The position numbers and the translations under genes were made by a program. DNA of 14,027 bases from Candidatus Jordarchaeia archaeon (GTDB lineage Archaea > Asgardarchaeota > Jordiarchaeia > Jordiarchaeales > Jordiarchaeaceae). Each line of letters begins with the position of its first letter. The first letter of the stretch is position 1. The notes beneath the pieces were generated by a model that made no database searches, was not told the DNA's origin, and saw nothing but the letters and a program-made list of their open reading frames with translations. Location of the stretch: positions 1 to 14,027 of the forward strand of contig JAHQXB010000161.1 in the NCBI GenBank assembly GCA_029856435.1, given 5' to 3'. Shown here piece after piece: positions 7,077 to 14,027 of this stretch.

Positions 7077-7355
7077 CTAATTGGGAATATTTTTTGATCT
7101 TAGTATGGATTCCCGTATCGCCTCATCCAAGATTTCTGGCTGGACATTTCTAACAAACTTTTTGGTTCCATTTATCACAACGCCTACATCTTTAATATTG
7201 TACTTTCTTGCTTCCTCAGAAAGAGAGGATTTCAAAATAAATTCAATATGGTCCCTGTATTTTAGGGAAGTAGTCCACACGCGGTCTAGAAATTCCAAAT
7301 AGTAGCAACCACATAACTCTATAGGAACAAAAATTTCTAATTTGATTTTCGACAT
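7077..7355 (-). CDS. Small thioredoxin-fold-like protein with a CxC (CGC) motif
   Basis: IKLEIFVPIELCGCYY (beta strand then Cys motif), EEARKYNIKDVGVVING (Trx-like). SD GAGG lies upstream. Confidence 0.65.
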   Translation of the reverse strand: MSKIKLEIFVPIELCGCYYLEFLDRVWTTSLKYRDHIEFILKSSLSEEARKYNIKDVGVVINGTKKFVRNVQPEILDEAIRESILRSKNIPN

Positions 7356-7422
7356 GATAATTCATCCTCGGTTTTAATTTTTCGTGGAGATGGGATTTTC
7401 ATCCCATTTATATATGTAAAAG

Positions 7423-7436
7423 TTTAAATATTTAAA
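7423..7436. promoter_or_regulatory. Perfect 14-bp palindrome TTTAAATATTTAAA, readable as a TATA box on both strands
   Basis: Seen directly. Preceded by a GTAAAAG BRE-like motif on plus; lies ~70 nt upstream of the Trx-like gene on minus. Confidence 0.45.
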
Positions 7437-7955
7437 TATATTGATAAATGGTTATATTATGATAAAAACGTGCTCCAACGTTCCCGAGGAACAGTAGGAC
7501 TACTTCAACAAGCAAACCAAAAACTGCAAAACAAAAACCGAACCAAAAACAAATTGCAACTAAACATAAAAACAAGAGACCGGCCAAAAAACAAAGACTC
7601 AAACATAGCACCTTCTCAGCACATGACTATTTTTAAAAAGAGCCTTCCACACAAAAATTCAAACCTCCCTATTCCAAGAATAAAGGCATTATGGGTAGTG
7701 CGAGCGAAGGATTATTCTAATAGGTAATATGTTTATATTAAAGAATAGCATAGATAAAAAAATTTAAATAGTATGCTTGTTAGACAAGATATATTGATTA
7801 ATGGCAATATGACGTTAATAGCGCCGATAATTTTCAAATTGATAAATATGAAACGATAATATTAAACACCATTAAAGTTCACAAATATACAAAAAGTAAC
7901 ACTCCGGAAGAAAACCCCAAAAAAAGGGGGTAAAGGGCTGGTAGGAGGTTTAAAA

Positions 7956-9410
7956 ATGGGTAGCACAATCCCCTCAATAGAAGTTTTAAAATCTACAATT
8001 GACAACAGATTCATTCGTTTCCTGTTAAGAAGACTAACCCGTAAATGTAGAATAGATGGAAAAAGCAGTTTAAACATCGCCCTAGAACTTTTCTCAGAAG
8101 CTCGAGAAAAAGCTTGCTTTACTTGCAGCCACATAACCCTACCCATTGTTCGGTGGGCTATAAGCAGAGGCGGCGCAGCATTTGGAGTTTCAGAAGAAGA
8201 TTTAAAAACCAGGTTCAAAGACCCCTATTGGCGCACGGGCCTCGTGGACGTAATTAGGGGTATAGCAAAATATGGTGTAAAAAAGCCCTTCGTTCCCGGA
8301 GCCCCCTTCCTTATTGTGTGGGACTACACCTACGCCTGCAACCTGAGATGCAAGCACTGCTACGCCTCAGCCGGAAAGCCCCTACCCGACGAATTCAGCG
8401 CTAGGGAAGCACTCAACACCGCTGATGAACTTGCCGACGCCGGAGTTACTGCTGTTGCATTTTCGGGAGGAGAACCCTTAATGCGGAAAGACCTATTCGA
8501 CACTATGAAGAGGCTGAGGGACAACGGAGTATTCACAGCTGTTGCAACAAACGGCACCCTCATAACTAGGGAGGTTGCTAAAAAACTTGCAGACCTCGGT
8601 GCGGGTTTTGTTCAGATAAGCCTAGATGGCGCAAGCGCCAAAACCCACGACAGTTTCCGCGGCGTGCCTGGAGCCTATGAGAGAACACTCCAGGCTATTA
8701 AAAATTGTGTTGAAAACGGCCTCTTCGTTGAGATCTCGACCACTGCTACAAAAACGAATTATGAAGAAGTTCCCAAGATCGCTGAATTATGTGAGGAGAT
8801 TGGTGTAGACTGGTACATGATTTTTAACTTCGTTCCAACCGGTAGAGGATACTTCATGATAGAAAACGACCTAACACCCGAAGATAGGGAAGAACTTCTC
8901 AAAATACTGTGGAACAGATTGAAAAGTGGTGGTAAACTACAGTACTTATCCACCGCACCCCAATTTGCCAGAGTGGCTCTACAAGAAGAGAAAGATTCGG
9001 AAAAGAAGATTATACCGGGACACTTCTACAACCCCACACTAATGGGGCAACTCACTAACTTGGGCGACTTCATTGGTGGTTGTGGGGCGGGTAGAATGTA
9101 TGCGGCCCTTGAGCCTGAGGGCACTCTACAGCCATGTGTCTTTCTACCAATAAAACTGGGAAACCTCAGAGAGGAGAGGTTTGAAGAGATATGGGATAAC
9201 CACCCCATTCTTCAAACGCTTAGAAACAGGGATAAGTTAAAGGGAAGATGTAAAACCTGCGAGTACAGAGATGTCTGCGGAGGATGCAGAGCAAGAGCCT
9301 ACGGATATTTCGGTGACGTCACCGCCCCAGACCCGGGATGTATATACAATAAGGATGTTTTCTACAAACTCAAGACTGAATTTGAGGAGGAAAAGGTGGC
9401 TGAGATTTAG
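7956..9410 (+). CDS. Radical SAM protein with SPASM domain and long N-terminal extension
   Basis: CNLRCKHC, FSGGEPL, ATNGT, QISLDG; SPASM cysteines CGAG...PC...CKTC...CGGC...PGC. N-terminal extension of ~115 aa with CFTC. SD GGAGGT at 7944-7949. Confidence 0.92.
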   Translation: MGSTIPSIEVLKSTIDNRFIRFLLRRLTRKCRIDGKSSLNIALELFSEAREKACFTCSHITLPIVRWAISRGGAAFGVSEEDLKTRFKDPYWRTGLVDVIRGIAKYGVKKPFVPGAPFLIVWDYTYACNLRCKHCYASAGKPLPDEFSAREALNTADELADAGVTAVAFSGGEPLMRKDLFDTMKRLRDNGVFTAVATNGTLITREVAKKLADLGAGFVQISLDGASAKTHDSFRGVPGAYERTLQAIKNCVENGLFVEISTTATKTNYEEVPKIAELCEEIGVDWYMIFNFVPTGRGYFMIENDLTPEDREELLKILWNRLKSGGKLQYLSTAPQFARVALQEEKDSEKKIIPGHFYNPTLMGQLTNLGDFIGGCGAGRMYAALEPEGTLQPCVFLPIKLGNLREERFEEIWDNHPILQTLRNRDKLKGRCKTCEYRDVCGGCRARAYGYFGDVTAPDPGCIYNKDVFYKLKTEFEEEKVAEI

Positions 9411-9426
9411 GAGGGATGTGGTCTGT

Positions 9427-10818
9427 ATGCGTGTCTTGTTTGTTTTTCCGCCATCTGTTTCAGCTATTCTCAACATTCTTGGCACTACCTCCCCACCTCT
9501 TGGGCTTGCGTATCTAGCCTCTTCGCTTGAGAGAGCGGGTGTGAATGTCAGAATTATTGATGCGCAGGCTCTAAACTTGGGCTTTGGAGAAATCGAACGA
9601 GAGATAAGAGTTTGGAAACCCGATGTTGTCGGTGTCACAGGTGCCACGCCAGCTTTCTTTGATGCACTCAGGGTTTTGGAGATAGCTAAAAATTATGGTG
9701 CCAAAACTGTGGTGGGTGGTCCTCACTTCTCGTTTACAGATGTTGAAACTCTTGAAGGCTACCCTTATGTGGACTATGTTGTGAGAGGTGAGGGTGAAGA
9801 AACGGTTGTGGAGCTTATAAAGGCTCTTGAGGGAAGAGGTGAAGTTTCGGAGATATTAGGCTTAACGTACAGGGACGGAGAAAATGTTCGAAGAAATCAG
9901 GATAGGCCGCTCATTAAAAATATTGACAGTATTCCCTTTCCCGCCTTCCACCTTCTACCCATGAACAAGTACACATTCGGCGAGTACCATTACGCAACCG
10001 TTATGACAAGCCGAGGTTGCCCGTACGGGTGTGTTTTTTGCGCCTCATCAAAACTATTCGGTAAAAGGTGGAGGGGCAGAAGCCCAGAGAATGTGGCAGA
10101 TGAGCTGGAAAAACTTACTGAAAGCTACCGTGTTAGAAACATTGAGTTTCTCGACGATACATTCACCCTCAACCAGAGGCGGGCGGAAAAGATCTGCGAC
10201 GAAATAATTAAGAGGGGACTGGACATAGTTTGGAATTGCTCCTCCAGGGTAAACACCATCAGCCACAGTTTACTTGAAAAAATGAAGAGGGCAGGCTGTA
10301 ACTCCATATACTACGGCGTGGAGTCCGGCTCCCAAGAAATACTGGACCGTATGAAGAAGGGAACCACATTAGACCAGATAATAAGGGCATTTAAAATAAC
10401 CAAACAAGTGGGTATGGAGATAATAGGTTCATTCATAATCGGCTTCCCGGGGGAAACCATAAACACCATTAAAAAAACTATTAGTTTCGCAAAGTTTCTA
10501 AAACCGGACTACGCCCAATTCACTATATGCACCCCATACCCTGGAACAGAACTCTTCCAAATCATTGAAAACACCGATAGTATGCAGCTTTTAACCAAGG
10601 ATTGGAGCGAGTACGACGCCTTAAAACCGGTTTTTACGATAAACGACGGCACTTATCCTTCACCATCAGAACTTATAAAGTGGGTGAAGAAAGCCTACTT
10701 GAATTTCTATGTTTCACTGAGCTTTCTGTTTCAACAACTTAAAAAGAAGCGCTTCATTGTTTGGAGAAAGGTTCTAAACGCGTTTAAAAATTATATAAAA
10801 GGAAATATTAGGTTCTGA
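9427..10818 (+). CDS. B12-binding-domain radical SAM protein (class B methyltransferase-like)
   Basis: RVLFVFPP...PPLGLAYLASSLE...V.IIDAQ, GGPHFS, VVRGEGEET, TSRGCPYGCVFC, FLDDTF, YGVESGS, FIIGFPGET, TPYPGTEL. True start is probably ATG 9427, 16 nt after the upstream stop; the tracked start at 9271 overlaps the previous gene. Confidence 0.92.
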   Translation: MRVLFVFPPSVSAILNILGTTSPPLGLAYLASSLERAGVNVRIIDAQALNLGFGEIEREIRVWKPDVVGVTGATPAFFDALRVLEIAKNYGAKTVVGGPHFSFTDVETLEGYPYVDYVVRGEGEETVVELIKALEGRGEVSEILGLTYRDGENVRRNQDRPLIKNIDSIPFPAFHLLPMNKYTFGEYHYATVMTSRGCPYGCVFCASSKLFGKRWRGRSPENVADELEKLTESYRVRNIEFLDDTFTLNQRRAEKICDEIIKRGLDIVWNCSSRVNTISHSLLEKMKRAGCNSIYYGVESGSQEILDRMKKGTTLDQIIRAFKITKQVGMEIIGSFIIGFPGETINTIKKTISFAKFLKPDYAQFTICTPYPGTELFQIIENTDSMQLLTKDWSEYDALKPVFTINDGTYPSPSELIKWVKKAYLNFYVSLSFLFQQLKKKRFIVWRKVLNAFKNYIKGNIRF

Positions 10819-11253
10819 GAGTGTAGAAGCAGTACCTCGATCTCAACTCGAATCTCTTAAAGCAAGACATAAAACAGTAATGCTATAAAATTTGTTTTTA
10901 GGAAAGTTTTGCAGCTTTGCCTTTTTCCTTATGGATGCGAATCAAGTGTTTTGCCAAATTCTTCTCTGACAGTCTTGCGGCCTTAAGTTAAATTTTCAAG
11001 AAGGAAAAGATACTCAGGGCTGCTTAAATGGATATAACTGAGAAGGGAGAAATGCTTCAAACTGAGAATAGATTTCGGGGAAAAGACCTTTTGAAGAGTA
11101 TTTTTAACGAATCGTGACACTTGACGTGAATTACCTGAATAGAAGAAGAAAGTGAACTCTAATTTCTACAATTTGAGTCTGCGCCATTTTAGGGCGGTTT
11201 ATGTATAAAAGCATATTTTTAATTGTCCATTTAATACGAGTTTATTTTGATCA

Positions 11254-11412
11254 TTAACAGCATCCACCACTGGAGCCACCGGAAGGTAAAATTTTTTTAA
11301 ATTCATTTTTCCAGCACTCGGTACACAGCCAAATTTTTCCTAAACTGCGATGTGTGCCGCAAAGCAGACTCACATTTTCGCCACTTTTGCCACAGATACC
11401 ACACTTATCCAT
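11254..11412 (-). CDS. 52-aa Cys-rich protein: CxxC...CxxC zinc-finger-like core and C-terminal GGSSGGCC
   Basis: MDKCGICGKSGENVSLLCGTHRSLGKIWLCTECWKNEFKKILPSGGSSGGCC. GGTGA SD 6 nt before ATG 11412 and a BRE/TATA upstream. Confidence 0.75.
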   Translation of the reverse strand: MDKCGICGKSGENVSLLCGTHRSLGKIWLCTECWKNEFKKILPSGGSSGGCC

Positions 11413-11464
11413 TTTTTTCACCATCTTCAGAGTTATATCGCTATACATCAATATAACGATTTAT

Positions 11465-11482
11465 TATTTAAACCTTTTTTCA
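11465..11482 (-). promoter_or_regulatory. BRE + TATA (GAAAAAAGG-TTTAAATA) for the Cys-rich small gene
   Basis: Consensus-like archaeal promoter on the minus strand; predicted start near 11442. Confidence 0.55.
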
Positions 11483-11511
11483 ACAATGAATTTGTTAACA
11501 ATTGATTTTTG

Positions 11512-11534
11512 TCCGAAATATTTAAATGTTTAAA
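11512..11534 (+). promoter_or_regulatory. BRE + TATA (CCGAAATA-TTTAAATG) for the BASS/Acr3-like operon; near-palindrome TTTAAATGTTTAAA
   Basis: Seen directly, ~100 nt upstream of ATG 11634. Confidence 0.45.
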
Positions 11535-11551
11535 AAGGTATGTTAATTGCC

Positions 11552-11591
11552 TTATATCGTTATATGACTATATGGTTATATAGCTTTATAG
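11552..11591. repeat. Five imperfect tandem 8-mers (TTATATCG TTATATGA CTATATGG TTATATAG CTTTATAG)
   Basis: Period-8 pattern read directly; followed by the 12-bp palindrome TCTGAATTCAGA (11601-11612). Confidence 0.55.
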
Positions 11592-11633
11592 TGTGAATCT
11601 TCTGAATTCAGATTAAATAATAAATATAGGAAT

Positions 11634-12809
11634 ATGGTGGGAATGATTTACAAATTCGCTGATTCCGTTAGGAGGAGATACGCATATCTGATTGTTTCTG
11701 CTCTCATTCTCGGAGTAGTAATTGGTTACCTTATGTTTACGCCCTGGGACATAATTAAGGATTACACCCCACCCTTCTACAAAAATGTTATCGAATACTT
11801 TACACCAAGCCTTCCTGGCGAAATATTGGAGAGATATACTAACCCGTTGGTAATAATTATGATTGCCCCAATGGGGTTCACAATAACTTTTCGTAGTTTC
11901 GGTGGGGCGTTAAAAGATGTTAAGGGCTTTTGTCTTGGTTTAGCGGTAAATCTTTTAGTGGGGCCAATACTCTGTTGGGGCCTCTCCTCAATATTTCTAT
12001 TGGTGTTTATGCCTTCAACCCTCTCAAACTTTACTCTCTCAATCCTACCACTACTACAGTATAATCCAGTTCTTTTTATAACGAATTTTGTAAATCAAGT
12101 TAATAATTTGACGCAGATTGCCACAGGTCTGGTTTTGATAGGTACTGTTCCCGCTGCGGGTATGGCCATTGTTTGGACGGGGGTGTTGGAGGGCGATGTT
12201 CCCCTCGCGATTGTTATAAGTGCTGGCACTATGATTATTGCCCCCTTTCTCATTCCCTTACTAATGGTTTGGTTGGCGGGGGCTTTTGTAACAATTGATG
12301 CTCTTCAAATGTTTATTAACTTGTTGTACACTGTTCTATTACCAATTTTGGGAGGAATGCTTCTTAGAGAGGTTCTCGGAAGAAAGAAGGATGTAGGGAA
12401 GTATCTACCGCTTTGTACAGTGATCTCTGCCGTTTCAGCTATTTTTCTAATGTTCGGTTCAATTAACACGGAGGTGCCAGTTTTACTTAAAAACATGTCC
12501 TTAATACTGCCGCTTATAGTGTCTATTGTTTTAATTTTTCCAATCCTGTTCTTTAGCGCTTACGTTTTATCAAGCAAACTCTTTACGTTTAAAAAAACTA
12601 TCGCATTAACCTATTCCTCTGGGATGAAAAGCCTTCCAGTTGCTCTTGGAATAGCCACCACATCGTTTAAGGGCTTAGTTCCCCTACCAGTAGCTGTCGG
12701 CTTTGTATTTCAAATGTTAACCGCCGTATTTTTCTACCAATTACTCAAAGGAAGGAAACAAGGGGTAGAAGAGCAATTTAAAGCTACAGAGGAGGAAACA
12801 GTTGGATGA
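11634..12809 (+). CDS. BASS/Acr3-superfamily (bile acid:sodium symporter-like) secondary transporter
   Basis: IAPMGFTI, NLLVGPILCWGL, GTVPAAGMAIVWTGVLEGD, PILGGMLLR, SGMKSLPVALGIA, FQML. About 10 hydrophobic segments. Confidence 0.85.
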   Translation: MVGMIYKFADSVRRRYAYLIVSALILGVVIGYLMFTPWDIIKDYTPPFYKNVIEYFTPSLPGEILERYTNPLVIIMIAPMGFTITFRSFGGALKDVKGFCLGLAVNLLVGPILCWGLSSIFLLVFMPSTLSNFTLSILPLLQYNPVLFITNFVNQVNNLTQIATGLVLIGTVPAAGMAIVWTGVLEGDVPLAIVISAGTMIIAPFLIPLLMVWLAGAFVTIDALQMFINLLYTVLLPILGGMLLREVLGRKKDVGKYLPLCTVISAVSAIFLMFGSINTEVPVLLKNMSLILPLIVSIVLIFPILFFSAYVLSSKLFTFKKTIALTYSSGMKSLPVALGIATTSFKGLVPLPVAVGFVFQMLTAVFFYQLLKGRKQGVEEQFKATEEETVG

Positions 12810-12856
12810 TTCTTAGAATTAAAATATTTCAAATTAATTTGTTGAAAAGATAAAAG

Positions 12857-12872
12857 GTTAAATTGATTTAAC
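12857..12872. promoter_or_regulatory. 7-2-7 inverted repeat GTTAAAT-TG-ATTTAAC upstream of the YunC-like gene
   Basis: Perfect inverted repeat in the 120-nt intergenic gap; a second palindrome CAAATTAATTTG lies at 12830-12841. The AT-rich context lowers significance. Confidence 0.3.
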
Positions 12873-12929
12873 ATGTTGGTTAAGAGAATTATTCTAACCG
12901 GTTATTAAAGAATCGGAGGTGTAATGTGA

Positions 12930-13241
12930 ATGTTTTGGAACATCGAGTTAAAATCAATAGAATTGGAAAACGGCACAGCACTGGGATTAAGTGTTGGAAA
13001 CCCGCAGAAGCCGGAGAAGGCGATGATAATAATTCTAGTTGGTAAGAAGGGTTTGATAGTTTGCAGAAACTTTGATATTAAGGCTATGGAAGAGCGGGGA
13101 ATAGCCGCCGCCAGAGTTCAGGGGATATCTTCCTTTGAAGAGGCCTTAAAAACAAACATAGAGTCTTTTACAACCAAGGCTAAAGAACTGGGTATTACTC
13201 TCGGTATGACTGGCAGAGAAGCATTAGCAAAGTTCCTTTAA
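12930..13241 (+). CDS. YunC/DUF1805-family protein
   Basis: KGLIVC..FD...MEERGIAAARVQGI..FEEAL...IES.T..AKELGI..GMTGREAL matches the family pattern. SD GGAGGTG upstream. Confidence 0.85.
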   Translation: MFWNIELKSIELENGTALGLSVGNPQKPEKAMIIILVGKKGLIVCRNFDIKAMEERGIAAARVQGISSFEEALKTNIESFTTKAKELGITLGMTGREALAKFL

Positions 13242-13254
13242 TGAAGGTGTGAAA

Positions 13255-13617
13255 ATGGATAAAGATGAAGAAATAAAAAAGAGTCTTGAATTTTTCAAGG
13301 AGGAATTCGGCAAGGTACTAGATCCCGTTGCTTTCATCGAGGAGAAAAACGCTGAGCTTTGTAAAACATTTCTAAAACTCCACGAAATGACAGTGAACGA
13401 TGGTAAAATTTCTAAGAGGTATAAGTTGCTTATGCACGCTGCTGTAACCTCTGCTCTACACGACTTTGAAGCTACAGTTATGCACTTAACAGGAGCCATA
13501 AGAGCAGGAGCTACGGAAGATGAACTCTTGGAAACAGCCTTCACAATAATTCCCGTCGCTGGAATGCCATCATTTGCAGTGTTTCTCTCCGCATGGAAAA
13601 AAGTCACCAGAACCTAG
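13255..13617 (+). CDS. Carboxymuconolactone decarboxylase (CMD)/AhpD-like protein lacking CxxC
   Basis: DGKISKRYKLLM.AAV...MHL.GAIRAGATEDEL.E......VAGMPS. Start is either GTG 13249 or ATG 13255 (SD GGTG favours 13255). Confidence 0.85.
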   Translation: MDKDEEIKKSLEFFKEEFGKVLDPVAFIEEKNAELCKTFLKLHEMTVNDGKISKRYKLLMHAAVTSALHDFEATVMHLTGAIRAGATEDELLETAFTIIPVAGMPSFAVFLSAWKKVTRT

Positions 13618-13901
13618 AAAATCTAGTCGACGCTCTTACCTTTTTGTGTTGTACAATCCGACTATGTTCATGAGCATTGGCATAATAAAAACACTCAAAC
13701 AAACCTATTAAGAAAGTTGGGCGTAAAAAGTTTTTAGTGCAGTTTTGGGCACAGTTAACCTGGAGTCACCAATCATGGGTAGATTTATAAGCTCCTCTTC
13801 TTTTGTAAATAGCTACGGTGATTTGTTTGGATTCATCTTCCTAACTTATCAAGGAAGCCCTGGAGAAGCCGAACGATACTAGGGTTAAGCAGAAGCTTAA
13901 G

Positions 13902-14027
13902 ATGTGGTCTGGCAAACTCCCCTGCCCCAACTGCGGCTCCCCCTCACGCAAAAACGGCACAAGACAGTACAGGGACGCCTCAACCACACAGGAGTACAAG
14001 TGCAAGAGCTGCGGCCTCCGCTACACC
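13902..14027 (+). CDS. N-terminus (3'-truncated by the window) of a zinc-ribbon protein typical of IS1/IS6-type transposases or some archaeal integrases
   Basis: MWSGKLPCPNCGSPSRKNGTRQYRDASTTQEYKCKSCGLRYT: CPxCGS...KNG...QxYxCxxCGxxY. The sequence is visibly more C-rich here than upstream. Confidence 0.65.
   Translation, partial: MWSGKLPCPNCGSPSRKNGTRQYRDASTTQEYKCKSCGLRYT

Noticed and set aside
7432-7727. Plus ORF 7470-7727, a 59-aa hydrophobic Cys-rich minus ORF (7611-7432), and a short minus ORF starting MFES like ORF 401
   Set aside because: All are explained by the extreme A/C skew; the minus ORF's stop lies inside the TATA palindrome; the MFES match is probably coincidence.
7862-10307. 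ORFs 7862-8218, 8360-8563, 8626-8808, 8759-8953, 9026-9208, 9237-9647, 10054-10266, 10125-10307 and the 9271-9426 extension
   Set aside because: Shadows or overlaps of the two radical SAM genes.
7956-10818. Radical SAM pair as arsinothricin (ArsL) or arsenosugar (ArsS) biosynthesis enzymes, or as RiPP maturases
   Set aside because: No arsM in the window, no C-terminal Cys cluster as described for ArsL, and no adjacent precursor or RRE that I can recognise. Kept only as alternatives to test by phylogeny.
10898-10987. Minus-strand fragment LKAARLSEKNLAKHLIRIHKEK resembling the HxxxH half of a C2H2 zinc finger; also plus-strand MDITEKGEML near 11028 resembling a wHTH tail
   Set aside because: No start codon or cysteines for the first, in-frame stops around the second; possible gene remnants but too short to support.
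12305-13607. ORFs 12305-12496 and 13224-13607 (minus)
   Set aside because: Antisense shadows of the transporter and the CMD gene.
13720-13825. Minus-strand FTKEEELINLPMIGDSR resembling a helix-hairpin-helix motif
   Set aside because: Preceded by an in-frame stop, and the match is short; insufficient evidence for a pseudogene.
1-14027. CRISPR array, tRNA, rRNA, or Sec/Pyl read-through
   Set aside because: No repeat-spacer periodicity, cloverleaf or rRNA-like sequence seen; no reading frame needs a recoded stop.

Overview
Archaeal DNA (GGTGA/GGAGG ribosome-binding motifs, BRE+TTTAAAT-type TATA boxes; gene style suggests Bathyarchaeia, which is inference). The window begins in the right end of an IS200/IS605 (TnpB) element and ends in the N-terminus of a zinc-ribbon protein of transposase or integrase type. 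Between them lies a dense metal(loid)/thiol-stress-like region. It holds (i) a wHTH regulator, a small coiled-coil protein and an ABC-2 exporter; (ii) a canonical Acr3 arsenite exporter divergent from a CxC-type ArsR; (iii) a minus-strand run of a CxC thioredoxin-fold protein, a TBP-like/Fe-S protein, a CCxC ArsR and an unusual lipoate-ligase-like::thioredoxin-like fusion; (iv) a tandem radical SAM/SPASM plus B12-binding radical SAM pair; (v) a 52-aa seven-Cys protein ending in CC, divergent from an Acr3/BASS paralog lacking the arsenite-essential residues, followed by YunC/DUF1805 and a CMD/AhpD-like gene. I recognise no arsC, arsM or arsA/D in the window. The strongest leads are the degenerate LplA::Trx fusion operon and the radical SAM pair, which may modify archaeal tetraether lipids (Gms/Gmm-like). 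All family calls come from motif recognition by eye; no searches were run.
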